From the NCBI GenBank assembly GCA_963791045.1, contig CAWBQK010000007.1, positions 192,001-256,000 on the forward strand: 64,000 nucleotides of DNA, in the 5' to 3' direction. This DNA comes from Candidatus Latescibacterota bacterium. GTDB taxonomy: Bacteria; Krumholzibacteriota; Krumholzibacteriia; WVZY01. Below the pieces are notes generated by a model. The model had not been told where the DNA came from. It worked only from the letters and a program-made list of their open reading frames with translations, and did no database searches. How positions within the stretch are numbered: the stretch's first letter is position 1; each line of letters begins with the position of its first letter. Below, piece after piece: positions 1-10,700 of the stretch. A program made the position numbers and the translations under genes.

Positions 1-82
1 ACACATAGGTGGGCCCGGCGCAAGATCAGGTGCGATGAAAGTGTATGTCCGGGCGGAATTTCGGCCGGCCGCGGGGCAGTTG

Positions 83-112
83 TTGACAGTCGTCGAAGCG
101 GGGTGATACGTT
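83..112 (+). promoter_or_regulatory. Putative sigma70-type promoter for the M23-dnaE operon
   Basis: TTGACA (83-88), 18-nt spacer, TG-n-TACGTT (104-112), upstream of the ATG at 136. Confidence 0.45.
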
Positions 113-135
113 TGCCCCGTTTTAAGGGGTTAACC

Positions 136-2163
136 ATGAAATCACGGCTCAATATTTTGATTCTGGCAGTCGCTGCGGCCGCCGCGGGCATGTTCGGCGT
201 ATCGGCTGGCGGCGCCATGGGGGGGCAGGATCCGGCCTCACGGATGTGGCCACTCGATGTGAGGATCAACCTGTCATCGAGCTTCGCCGAGTTCAGGTCC
301 GGACACCTTCATGCCGGCCTGGACATTCGCACGTTCGGGCGCGAGGGGATTCCGTGCAGGGCTGTCGACGACGGGTACGTGTCGAGGCTGCGGGCGTCAC
401 AGTTCGGGTATGGCAAGGCGGTCTATCTAAAGCTGGCCACCGGCGAAACGGTGGTTTACGCCCACCTGGCGGAGTATACGGCGCGGATAGACAGCGTGGT
501 ATTTGAGGCACAGCTGAAATCGAACGGCTACCGTGTCGATGTTCATCTGGATCCGGTTGATTTGCCCGTCAAACGCGGTCAGATTATTGGCTACACGGGA
601 CGCACCGGGTCGACCGCGCCGCATCTTCACTTCGAGGTTCGCAATGTGCGCGAACAACCCATAAACCCGCTCGACGCCGGGTGGGAACTTAAGGACGAGA
701 TCCCGCCGCTGCTGAGAAGAATAAAATGGTACCCGGTATCGAAGGACTCTCGGGTCAATGGGTGGTGCGCGGCGGATGTAGTCGAGCTTAGTCAGGTCGA
801 TTCAAAGACCTCCGTAACTGAAGACACGATGAAGGTTGCGGGCCGGGTCGGTCTCGCCGTCGACGTTATCGATCGGCTGACCACGGCTTCCGGCAAACTT
901 GCCCCTTACCGTGTCGAGTTGAGTATCGACGGGCGGCTGGTCACTTCTTTGGAACTCAAACGGTTTTCGTACGATCACACGCGTGAGGTGGAGCTCGCGT
1001 ACGACATGGGAACGGCCAGAACCCTCGGGCGGCACTACCTCTTTTTGTTCAAGAGAGAGGGAGAGACTCTTTGGAACCGCGAATTCGTCGAGGATGGGAT
1101 CATCGACGCCGATTCGCTCGCCGCGACGGGACGGATACACCACGCGATTGTTCGTGCGTACGACAAGTGGGGCCACGTGTCGACTGCCACACTTCCGTTT
1201 GTGGTGGTTTCTGGAACGGGCGTTGGTGGGGATTCCTCGAATCCAGGAATCAAACAGGTCCGTCACGACGACCCGGGGACGGGAGAGCTGCCCGGCTGTT
1301 ATTTTTTCGGCGCCGTGGCGAGTATCGAACGTCTTTCGGCCGTTGGAGGGGCCGCCGATGGGGCGCCGTCTGGCAAGGTGATCGGCTGGGGAGACATTCC
1401 CGACGCGGGGACGACATTCCGGATCGCGGACCCGGGGTATCCGATCGACATTCATATATTTCCCGTCCGCGCCGGCGAAGCTCTCGTGAGGGATTTTCCC
1501 GAAATCGGCGTCGGCATGTCGACGAAGGGCGGGTCGTTCTACTCGGATACGCACGTTTATCTCGCGCGTTGGGAAGGCGACGTCGGGCGAACATCGTTTC
1601 CCAGAGAAGCGATCTCGCCGTCTTCACGGGCGGTCAGGCTCGGACCCATGTCGCTCGCGCTCAAAGGGTCGGTCGAAGTACGCTTTCCACTCGAGCGTGA
1701 TGTTGCCGACAACGAAGCGGTGTTTCATTTCGACGAACGGAAAAAGCGCTGGTCTTTCCAGTCGTCGTTTGTCCGCGGCGACACGGTCAGCTCGTTCGTC
1801 CGCCAGCCGGGTGTTTACGCTGTGTTCGTGGACTCGGTTGCGCCGGAGATTTCAGCGCCGCGAATTGAATTTCAAAAGAGTTACGATACAGGATATTCGC
1901 TTCCCGCGATTGTTGTGCCCATAGCCGAGGAGGGCAGCGGTCTCGATGTCGAGAAAACAGAAATATACATCGATGCAAACAAACAAATTGCGAGATGGGA
2001 CGGTTTTTTACAAAAGATGTTTATTCTGATTCGAAACCAAAATATAATCGGTAAACGCGATATCTCCGTCATGGCGGTGGATCGGGTAGGAAACGTTTCC
2101 AGAACAAATGCTCGAATTGACATACCGGCGGGTGTGCCGACGCCCGGTGGAAGGACCGAATAG
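136..2163 (+). CDS. M23 family metallopeptidase with signal peptide and long C-terminal Ig-like extension
   Basis: HxxxD (HLHAGLD) and HxH (APHLHFEVR) zinc motifs; GYGKAVYL and YAHL; N-terminal signal peptide; ATG at 136 follows AAGGGG. Confidence 0.85.
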   Translation: MKSRLNILILAVAAAAAGMFGVSAGGAMGGQDPASRMWPLDVRINLSSSFAEFRSGHLHAGLDIRTFGREGIPCRAVDDGYVSRLRASQFGYGKAVYLKLATGETVVYAHLAEYTARIDSVVFEAQLKSNGYRVDVHLDPVDLPVKRGQIIGYTGRTGSTAPHLHFEVRNVREQPINPLDAGWELKDEIPPLLRRIKWYPVSKDSRVNGWCAADVVELSQVDSKTSVTEDTMKVAGRVGLAVDVIDRLTTASGKLAPYRVELSIDGRLVTSLELKRFSYDHTREVELAYDMGTARTLGRHYLFLFKREGETLWNREFVEDGIIDADSLAATGRIHHAIVRAYDKWGHVSTATLPFVVVSGTGVGGDSSNPGIKQVRHDDPGTGELPGCYFFGAVASIERLSAVGGAADGAPSGKVIGWGDIPDAGTTFRIADPGYPIDIHIFPVRAGEALVRDFPEIGVGMSTKGGSFYSDTHVYLARWEGDVGRTSFPREAISPSSRAVRLGPMSLALKGSVEVRFPLERDVADNEAVFHFDERKKRWSFQSSFVRGDTVSSFVRQPGVYAVFVDSVAPEISAPRIEFQKSYDTGYSLPAIVVPIAEEGSGLDVEKTEIYIDANKQIARWDGFLQKMFILIRNQNIIGKRDISVMAVDRVGNVSRTNARIDIPAGVPTPGGRTE

Positions 2164-2164
2164 A

Positions 2165-5100
2165 ATGCCCCGTGATTTTGTGCACCTCCATGTTCACTCT
2201 GAATACAGTCTCCTCGATGGCGCGATAAGAGTCGATAAGCTTGTCAAGCGAACCAAAGAACTGGGAATGAAATCCGTCGCGCTTACCGACCATGGAAACA
2301 TGTTCGGAGCAGTGCGGTTTTATCGTACGGCGCGGCAGGAGGGAATCAAGCCGATCCTGGGTATGGAAGCTTATGTTACGCGCGGGAGCCGTTCGGACAA
2401 GGCGAAGAAGAAGGGCGAACTCGCTCAGATAAACCACCTGATCCTCCTCGCATACAACAACGCCGGTTACCAGAACCTGATGAAGTTGAGCTCGGTTGGT
2501 TACCTCGAGGGTTTCTATTACAAGCCGCGCATCGATATGGAGATCCTTTCCGAAAATTGCGACGGATTGATCGCAATGAGTTCGTGTCTCCGCGGAGACA
2601 TCCCGCAGACGGTACTCCACGAAGGTGTCGACGCGGCGAAAGCGAAGGCAGAACGCCTCCAGGAACTCTTTGGAAAAAACAATTTCTATCTCGAACTCCA
2701 GGACCATGGGATCGATGATGAAATAAAAGCCAAAGACGGGATCATAAAACTGTCCCGGGACACGGGCATCCCGCTGGTTGCGTCGAACGATGCTCACTAC
2801 CTGCACAAGGATGATGCCGAGGCGCACGAAGTTTTGCTCTGCCTCCAGACGGGGAGTGATTTCGATGATCCGCGGCGGTTTCGTTTCCGTACAAACGAGT
2901 TGTATTTCAAAACACAGGACGAAATGTACGAACTCTTCGGCGAAGTTCCCGAAGCGCTGGAGAACACTCTTGATATCGCCGAGCGATGTAACGTCGAACT
3001 CGATGAGGATACCTTTCACCTGCCGCAGTTTCCGCTCCCCGACGGGGTGGAATCCAATTCGCACTACCTGAGAAAGCTTGCCGACGATGGAGTTCGCGAG
3101 CGTTTCGGCGAGCCGACCGATGAGATCACGGACCGTCTGGACTTCGAACTCTCCGTTATCGACCGCATGGACTACGGTGGTTACTTTCTTATCGTGAGGG
3201 ATATCGTCAACCATGCACGGAGCGAGGGAATCCCCGTGGGGCCGGGAAGGGGAAGCGCGGCGGGAAGCCTGCTTTGTTACGTTCTCGGAATCACCGACGT
3301 TGATCCGCTCGATCAACACCTTCTCTTCGAGAGGATGCTCAACCCGGAACGTGTGAGTATGCCGGACATCGATATCGACTTTTGCTTCGAGCGGCGCGAC
3401 GAGGTTATTCGCTATGTCATCGACCGCTACGGCAAGGACAAGGTTTGTCAGATAATCACCTTCGGCACCATGGCGGCACGCGGGGTTGTGCGCGACGTTG
3501 GGCGTGTGCTGGGGCTGTCCTATTCCGAAGTGGACCGGATCGCAAAACTCATTCCCAGTTTGCCGGGGACGTCTTTGGAAGAAGCGATCTCGTCGATCCC
3601 CGATCTGCAGCGGATGACGGCGGACGATCACCCCTATAAGAAACTCATGAGTCTCTCACTGACCCTCGAAGGGATCACGCGGCACGCGTCAATTCACGCC
3701 GCCGGAATGATTATTACTCCGACCGAGTTAACAAACCACGTCCCACTTTATCGTACGGCCAAAGGCGAAGTGACAAGCCAGTTCGATATGAAGAGCGCGG
3801 AAGCGGTGGGGCTTCTCAAGATCGATGTTTTGGGGTTACGGACACTGACGGTGATCGACAAGGCGATCCGCATGATCGAAAAAAATCACGGGATAAAGAT
3901 CGATCCCGCCCGGATACCGGTCGACGACGTAAAGACTTTTGAACTGCTCAGGGAGGCGGGGACGGTTGGAGTTTTCCAGTTGGAAAGCTCGGGGATGCGC
4001 GAACTTCTCAAGAACCTCCAGCCCGAATTCTTCAGCGATATCGTCGCGGTCAACGCGTTGTACAGACCGGGCCCGCTCGGGAGCGACATGCACACGCTGT
4101 TTGTCGACTGCAAACACGGCCGCAAAAAGGTCAGGTTCGAGCATCCGCTGCTCGAGCCGATACTCAAGGAGACCTACGGCGTTATCCTTTACCAGGAACA
4201 GGTGATGAAGATCGCCAGCACGCTTGCCGGCTTCAGCCTCGGCGAGGCGGATTTTCTCCGCAAGGCCATGGGCAAGAAGGACAAGGCCGCGATGGCGAAG
4301 CAAAAAAAGAAGTTCATGGAGGGGGCAACAAAAGCCGGTATCGCGCAGAAAAAATCTGAGAAGATCTTCGGCCAGGTCGAGAAGTTTGCCAGCTACGGTT
4401 TTAACAAATCGCACAGCGCCGCTTACGCCGTGATTTCCGTCCGTACGGCGTATTTAAAAGCCAATCACCCGCCCGAGTTTATGGCTGCGAACCTGACGAG
4501 CGAAATCGACGACAGTGACCGGATTCTGATTCTTCTCGAAGACTGTAAAGAATTGGGGATCGAATGTATCACCCCCGACATCAATCGCTGCGATGCCGAG
4601 TTCAAAGCCGAAGACGGGACGATTTTCTTCGGATTGGCGGCGGTCAAGAATGTTGGGATGAACGCGATTACTCATATAATCGCGGAACGAGAGGCGAACG
4701 GCCCATTCAAGTCTCTCTTCGACCTCTGCTCGCGGATCAGTTCCAAGATGGTGAACCGCCGGGTTATCGAAAGCCTGATCCAGTCCGGCGCGCTCGATCA
4801 GATTCCGGGGCACCGGGCGCAGAAGTTCCAGAGCCTCAATGGCGTTCTCGAGAAAACTTCAAGGAATTCGCGCGACGCGGAAAGAGGCCAAATCGCTCTG
4901 TTCACCGGTGAACAGGCCCTCGTCGACGACCGTCTCGAAGAATGTGAACCGTGGAGTTCTCCGGAGAAGCTGCGGAGAGAGAAAGAATCTCTCGGTTTCT
5001 TTCTTTCGGGGCACCCGCTCGATAAGTACAAAGGGTGGCTCGACGTTCTCAGCACCGCCACGACATCCAAGCTGAAGGCAAGCTCGAATGGGAAGCACGT

Positions 5101-5605
5101 CGTCATCGGCGGCGTTGTTAGCGGTGTGAAGAATACTTTCGACAAAAAACAACAACCGATGGCGTTCGTTACGCTCGAAGATACTGAAGGCCAGGCCGAG
5201 GCGGTCATGTTTTCGGATATTCTCGAAAAAAACAAGCAACACATATCGCCCGACCGTGTGCTCTTGTTCGAGGGGAAAGTGTCGAACCGGAACGGCGAAG
5301 GCAAAATACTGGTCAACTCGGTCAAGCCTATCGATGACGAGAGTCCGCCGGAACCCAAGGAAGTACACATCACCCTCGACGTCGCTAAAATGAAAGAGCA
5401 AGACGTCGAACGGATGAAAACTCTTTTGTCAAAAAACACCGGTGACGCGCTCTTGTTTTTTCATGTAAAGAACGAAGGCAAGGACGAGTGTATTGTCAGG
5501 TCGAAGTCGCTGAGCGTAAAACTCGATTATGACGGGCTCGCCGAACTCTCCGGATCGGTGGGCGCAAACAACATCGAACTCATCCCGGGTGTGTCCAAAA
5601 AGTGA
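2165..5605 (+). CDS. dnaE: DNA polymerase III subunit alpha
   Basis: PHP domain FVHLHVHSEYSLLDG; GPGRGSAAGS; MPDIDIDF; YGFNKSHSAAY; C-terminal OB fold. Confidence 0.97.
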   Translation: MPRDFVHLHVHSEYSLLDGAIRVDKLVKRTKELGMKSVALTDHGNMFGAVRFYRTARQEGIKPILGMEAYVTRGSRSDKAKKKGELAQINHLILLAYNNAGYQNLMKLSSVGYLEGFYYKPRIDMEILSENCDGLIAMSSCLRGDIPQTVLHEGVDAAKAKAERLQELFGKNNFYLELQDHGIDDEIKAKDGIIKLSRDTGIPLVASNDAHYLHKDDAEAHEVLLCLQTGSDFDDPRRFRFRTNELYFKTQDEMYELFGEVPEALENTLDIAERCNVELDEDTFHLPQFPLPDGVESNSHYLRKLADDGVRERFGEPTDEITDRLDFELSVIDRMDYGGYFLIVRDIVNHARSEGIPVGPGRGSAAGSLLCYVLGITDVDPLDQHLLFERMLNPERVSMPDIDIDFCFERRDEVIRYVIDRYGKDKVCQIITFGTMAARGVVRDVGRVLGLSYSEVDRIAKLIPSLPGTSLEEAISSIPDLQRMTADDHPYKKLMSLSLTLEGITRHASIHAAGMIITPTELTNHVPLYRTAKGEVTSQFDMKSAEAVGLLKIDVLGLRTLTVIDKAIRMIEKNHGIKIDPARIPVDDVKTFELLREAGTVGVFQLESSGMRELLKNLQPEFFSDIVAVNALYRPGPLGSDMHTLFVDCKHGRKKVRFEHPLLEPILKETYGVILYQEQVMKIASTLAGFSLGEADFLRKAMGKKDKAAMAKQKKKFMEGATKAGIAQKKSEKIFGQVEKFASYGFNKSHSAAYAVISVRTAYLKANHPPEFMAANLTSEIDDSDRILILLEDCKELGIECITPDINRCDAEFKAEDGTIFFGLAAVKNVGMNAITHIIAEREANGPFKSLFDLCSRISSKMVNRRVIESLIQSGALDQIPGHRAQKFQSLNGVLEKTSRNSRDAERGQIALFTGEQALVDDRLEECEPWSSPEKLRREKESLGFFLSGHPLDKYKGWLDVLSTATTSKLKASSNGKHVVIGGVVSGVKNTFDKKQQPMAFVTLEDTEGQAEAVMFSDILEKNKQHISPDRVLLFEGKVSNRNGEGKILVNSVKPIDDESPPEPKEVHITLDVAKMKEQDVERMKTLLSKNTGDALLFFHVKNEGKDECIVRSKSLSVKLDYDGLAELSGSVGANNIELIPGVSKK

Positions 5606-5612
5606 CGAAGTC

Positions 5613-6377
5613 ATGACAAAAAAAACCGCTCTTGTGATTGGTTTCGCGGTGTGGGTCTTGTGTCTTGGAAGTGCGGGACCGGTGGGCGCCCAGCCAAACG
5701 AACCGCTGTACGTCATTGATCATCCGACCGCTGGTCTCCTGCCGCATGGATTCTACGAGGTGAGGGGCAAGATCGGCCCCGAAACCAGTTTCCTGGGCGG
5801 GTTCAGGGTGGGCTTCAAGGATCGGGTTCAGATCGGCGTATCATTCGGCGCCCAGAATGTTCTCGGGTACGGAAACCCGGATTTGAACGACAAGCTCGGG
5901 TTTCAGGCACGATTGAGGGTGATCGAAGAGTCAAACGCTCCGGCACTGGCCGTGGGGTTCGACTCGCAGGGTCAGGGGCGGTATCATGGGGATCTCAAAC
6001 GATATGATCGAAAGTCGCCCGGGCTCTATGTCGTTGTCACTAAAAACTATACATTTGCTCTCGGGCAGTTGACCCCCAACGGGGGTGTGTCATTCACGAC
6101 GGAGAGGGAAGACGACAACGATCCCAACTTATTCTTCGGATTGAACTGGACGATCGCGAACCAGTTCTCGATATTGTTAGATATAGACGCGGCGCTCAAC
6201 GACAACGCCAACGACAGCGATTTCGGTCAGGGTGGAATCTATATAGACGCCGGGATGAGATGGTACTATGGTGAGAACCTGTTGATGACATTGATATTTC
6301 GCGATCTCTCTGGGAATTTTGGAATGAGCAGTGGCGTGGGTCGGGAGTTCGAGATCGCTTTCATCGAAGCATTTTGA
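5613..6377 (+). CDS. Putative outer-membrane beta-barrel protein (YjbH-like domain)
   Basis: Signal peptide, IDHPTAGLL N-terminal motif, amphipathic beta strands, terminal Phe. Confidence 0.6.
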   Translation: MTKKTALVIGFAVWVLCLGSAGPVGAQPNEPLYVIDHPTAGLLPHGFYEVRGKIGPETSFLGGFRVGFKDRVQIGVSFGAQNVLGYGNPDLNDKLGFQARLRVIEESNAPALAVGFDSQGQGRYHGDLKRYDRKSPGLYVVVTKNYTFALGQLTPNGGVSFTTEREDDNDPNLFFGLNWTIANQFSILLDIDAALNDNANDSDFGQGGIYIDAGMRWYYGENLLMTLIFRDLSGNFGMSSGVGREFEIAFIEAF

Positions 6378-6398
6378 TTTGTTGACGAGGAGATTGTG

Positions 6399-7397
6399 AT
6401 GGCGGCGGACGACAACCGGGTGGCGGGAGGCTCGGCAGGCCAGTATCTCGATTTCGAAAAACCGATAGTCGAGCTGGAAGGCAAAATTGCCGAGCTGAAA
6501 CAGCTGGCGTCGGTTCAAAACATCTCCGTTGAAGACGAGGTGAAGAAGCTCTCCGAAAAGGCGGAGAAGCTTCGCAAGGACATCTATTCCAAGCTCGGCC
6601 CCTGGCAGCATGTTCAGCTCGCCCGGCACCCCCTTCGCCCGTATACCACGGACTACATTCGGGAGATGAGCGACGATTTTATCGAGCTCCACGGCGACCG
6701 TTCTTTCGCCGATGATCCGTCGATTATCGGCGGGCTCATGACGCTCGAGGACAAGCGAATCGTTATCATCGGTCACCAGAAGGGCCGCAATACAAAAGAA
6801 AACATCCACAGAAATTTTGGAATGCCCCACCCTGAGGGGTACAGAAAAGCGCTCAGGTTGATGAAGCTCGCGGAGAAGTTCAACCTTCCCGTGGTGACGA
6901 TGATCGATACCCCCGGCGCGTACCCGGGTATAGGAGCGGAAGAACGTGGACAGGCAGAGGCGATAGCCAGGAATCTCCGGGAGATGTCGGGTCTGTCCGT
7001 GCCGATTCTTTCGATTGTTATTGGTGAGGGGGGGAGCGGTGGGGCGCTCGCTCTTGGAGTGGGGGACCGGATACTTATGCTCGAATATTCGATTTATGCG
7101 GTGATTTCTCCGGAGGGGTGCGCCGCGATTCTCTGGAAAGACCAGGCCAAGAACAAGGACGCCGCCGAGGCGTTGAAATTGACCTCAAAAGATCTCTTGT
7201 CGCTCGGGGTAATTGACCGAGTGATCAACGAACCCGACGGGGGAGCGCACAGGGATATGAAGACGATGGCGGCGGAGCTCGGACGGGTGATGTACGAGGA
7301 ACTTGATTATTTGCAGCACTTTGACTCGACGAAACTTATTGAAAAAAGAAGAAAAAAGTATATGAACATGGGCTTCTTTCACGAAAATTCGGCTTGA
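6399..7397 (+). CDS. accA: Acetyl-CoA carboxylase carboxyltransferase subunit alpha
   Basis: LDFEKPI, ARHPLRPYT, ELHGDR, NFGMPHPEGYRKA, IDTPGAYPG, GEGGSGGAL. Confidence 0.97.
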   Translation: MAADDNRVAGGSAGQYLDFEKPIVELEGKIAELKQLASVQNISVEDEVKKLSEKAEKLRKDIYSKLGPWQHVQLARHPLRPYTTDYIREMSDDFIELHGDRSFADDPSIIGGLMTLEDKRIVIIGHQKGRNTKENIHRNFGMPHPEGYRKALRLMKLAEKFNLPVVTMIDTPGAYPGIGAEERGQAEAIARNLREMSGLSVPILSIVIGEGGSGGALALGVGDRILMLEYSIYAVISPEGCAAILWKDQAKNKDAAEALKLTSKDLLSLGVIDRVINEPDGGAHRDMKTMAAELGRVMYEELDYLQHFDSTKLIEKRRKKYMNMGFFHENSA

Positions 7398-7423
7398 CAT
7401 GAGGCCCGGAATTGACTTAATAT
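7394..7423 (+). promoter_or_regulatory. Putative sigma70-type promoter upstream of the Trm112-like gene and porU
   Basis: TTGACA (7394-7399) overlapping the accA stop, 18-nt spacer, TAATAT (7418-7423). Confidence 0.45.
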
Positions 7424-7503
7424 CTTGTTACCAGCCAATAGCTTCTGAGGATTTGATTGCTGATAACTTTCCCCACCACCCCTGTCCCTAGGGAGTCTTA
7501 GGC

Positions 7504-7677
7504 GTGATCAAACCTGAACTGCTCGAAATTCTGGCCTGCCCGAAGTGCAAAGAGAAGGTCGTACTGGATGAGGCCGGGAAGTATCTCAACTGTCATAGTT
7601 GTAAGCTGAAGTATCCGATAAACGAGCAGGACATTCCTATCATGCTCATCGACCGTGCCGAAAAGTTGGAGTTGTAG
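7504..7677 (+). CDS. Trm112/YcaR family small zinc-ribbon protein (57 aa; absent from the ORF track)
   Basis: Hand translation MIKPELLEILACPKCKEKVVLDEAGKYLNCHSCKLKYPINEQDIPIMLIDRAEKLEL; LLEILACPxCK...CxxC..YPI..DIPIML signature; GGGAG ribosome-binding site (RBS). Confidence 0.9.
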   Translation: MIKPELLEILACPKCKEKVVLDEAGKYLNCHSCKLKYPINEQDIPIMLIDRAEKLEL

Positions 7678-7737
7678 TATTACCCACGACTGCTAACGAA
7701 CCAACAACCCTGGGACCTTTGGATAACAAGACATCGA

Positions 7738-10700
7738 ATGTTTAAAGCATACGTATATCTAATCGTGACCGTGTTGGGCGTTTTCCAGTTTGGGAACGTC
7801 ACCGCGGGTGTTGAGATCCTGCAGGAAGAGAACGGCAGGATAGTAGTCGACGTTCGTTTCGGCGCGCCTGGCCCCACGGGGGTCCCCGGCTCGTCATCGA
7901 AACTCAACACGCCGGGGCTGCCGCCTTTGGGTTACGAACGTTTCTACGTGGCGATCCCCGCGGGCGGGGTTTTCCGCGTCTCCCGGATTGACGGAGTGGC
8001 GAACGAACGTGTCGGGAATTTACCTCTGCCCGTTGAGAACCACGATAAACGGGGTATTCTGCCCACAATCGAGCCCGGCCCGGGCTATTATCCCGAAAAT
8101 CCAATCGTCGTAACGGGCCCTTTCACCTTTCGCAAGACGAGGGTGATAGCCGTTGATTGTTATGTTTCGCAGGTTGACCGGGCTGCCGGTGTTGAGAGGG
8201 TCTGGCAGGGTTACCGGGTGGAAGTGTCGTATCCGGCGCACCGCTCGTATCTCACGGCGGATCGGGCCGATCCGCTGGTTGCCGGCACCGTCATAAACAA
8301 GTCTTTTTTGCCGGTTCCCGGAACCCCCGCTACTGCGCCGGATGGGCTTGCCTCGGGGGCGAGTCCCGCCGGGAATCCCGACCCGCATTTCTCACTCTCC
8401 CAAAACTGGATGAAGATTCGCGTCGACACCGCGGGCGTGTACGCGCTGGACGCGGTTGATTTTGCCGCGCTGGGCGTGGATCCGTCGTCAATCAATGATC
8501 CCGGGAGCTTCAGGCTCTTCACTCACGGGGGCACAGAGCTCGAACGGCGTGACGCGATGCGCCGCCCGTACCAGGATATGGACGGGACGTGGCGCCCGGG
8601 GAACTGGATGAATGAGTGCGACATTTTTGTCGATTACGGTGGCGATGGGACATTCGATCCGGGTGACAAGGTTATTTTCTATGGTGTGGGCTCCAGGGGG
8701 TGGCGCGATTTCTACGAGCGGGGAGCCCCGAGATACGAGTTCCACGATCATCTCTATACAAAGGGCAATTACTATTACCTGACGTGGGATGATACTCCGG
8801 GTTTCTCCGGGGTGCCGGGACGTATGGCGCTGGTGAACTCCGCTCCCCAGCCGGCCAATCCCGACGTGATCGATTTTGAAGAGCGCTTGTTTTTCGAGAG
8901 AAATCAGGTTGAGGCCTTGTCGTTCGGCGGGGACGGATGGCTCTGGATCGAAGTATCAGAAAAGACGGGGCCTGAGACGATCACGTTCCAACCGTTCGAG
9001 ATTTACAATTTCGTGGACTCGCGCCCACAAACATTCCGGACTCTGGCGCTGGCGCCGTATATCTACGGGGAAAGCAACAGGAATCATCATGCGGTGTACC
9101 GGATGAACGGTGCGCAAATCACCGACAGCGTTTTCGACAATCCAAACAACGCGGGTTACGAGAACGCAATCCCGGTCGAAAAGGCGGGCTCGTTCTTGCT
9201 CCCCGGCACCAATACTTTCCAGCTCAACATACCACGCGATCTCAATCCTTCGGATTTTATGTATTTTGATTTGTACTCGGTCTTCTATTACCGCCAGTTG
9301 ACGACGCGGGGTGGAAGTATTTCTTTTGGCTCACCCGACACAACGGGCTCGGTCAATTTCCGAGCGACCAACTTCTCGCCGGGGAGTCCCATTTATCTCT
9401 TCGATGTATCCGATCAGTTCAAACCACGTTTTCTTTCGAGTTTCGAACGGAGCGATGTTGGCGGCCGCGACCAGATCCGGTTCTCCTCGCAGATAGGTGG
9501 GGGGCGCGAATACTACTGGGCGGGCAACGAGGAAGCGCTTCGCAAGCCCGCTACGATGATCAGGCATTTCCCGAGAGATTTGAGAAACGTGACGTCGTCT
9601 CCGAACATGCTCATCGTCAGCCACCCGGATTTCATGGCGGCGGCGACGCGGTTGAAGCAGCACAGGCAGTCTCACTATCCGTACGGGACGAATCCGGATA
9701 TTGAAATCGTAACAACGGTGGACGTGTTCGATAATTTCTCGGGCGGTATGATTGATCCAATCGCGATCCGGAACTATTGCAAGTTCCTCTACGATAATTA
9801 TGATGATGGGAACGGTAATACTCCGCTCTCGTTCCTGCTTTTGCTCGGCGATGCGAATAATGATTACAAAAACAACATCACGAACCAGGAAAACTTTGTT
9901 ACGACCAATCTGAACCTCGCGCCTGGCAGTCTCGACGCTTACGCGACCGATGACTGGTTTGTCGAAATGGAACAACCCGATTCGACGGGTGCTTCCTATA
10001 TGCAAATAGCCGTCGGGCGCATTCCGGCGGGGTCGTCGCAGGACGCGATGTTCCTCGTTGACAGGATTGTCGACTACCAAACGGCCGCGGAGTTCGGCCC
10101 CTGGCGGAACCGCGCGATCCTCGTGGCCGACGACGAAGTCACTCCGTCGCACCCGCCGCAGCCGATGTTTGTAAGCCAGACCGAAAGCATCGCGCATGGG
10201 TACATGGCGAATTTTCATGAAGCACGCAAGATCTATTTGACCGAGTATCCGTTCGTTGGATCGATCAAGCCGGCGAGCCGTCTCGAATTTCTTAACGAAT
10301 GGAACGACGGTGCGCTGATGATCAACTACATCGGGCACGGCAGCTCGGTGCAGATGGCGGACGAACAGGTGTTTCTTGGGAGCGACGTCGCCAACCTTCG
10401 AAACGGTCTCCGTCTCCCTCTCTTTATGGCGTTCAGTTGTACGATAGGCGATTTCGGGCGCGCACAGACGGTGAGTCTCTCCGAAAAGCTACTCCTGTGG
10501 ACGCAGGGAGGAGCGATCGCGACGATTACCGCTTCTGAGGTGTCACTCATCGATCCCAACGCCTCGCTCAATACGAGGTTTTTCTTGGAAGTGTCTCCCC
10601 GGACACCGGGGCCACCGGAACCGCTTGGTGTCGCGCTTCTGCGGGCCAAGACATCGGCGCTGAGCGTATCGGTGAGCAAACGAATCGTTGAGGAAAACAG

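Noticed and set aside
2069-3631. Long antisense ORFs (also 9331-10338, 43430-44668, 47913-49010, 52363-53622)
   Set aside because: They lie opposite well-conserved genes and show no recognisable motifs; they are typical shadow ORFs of GC-rich codon usage.
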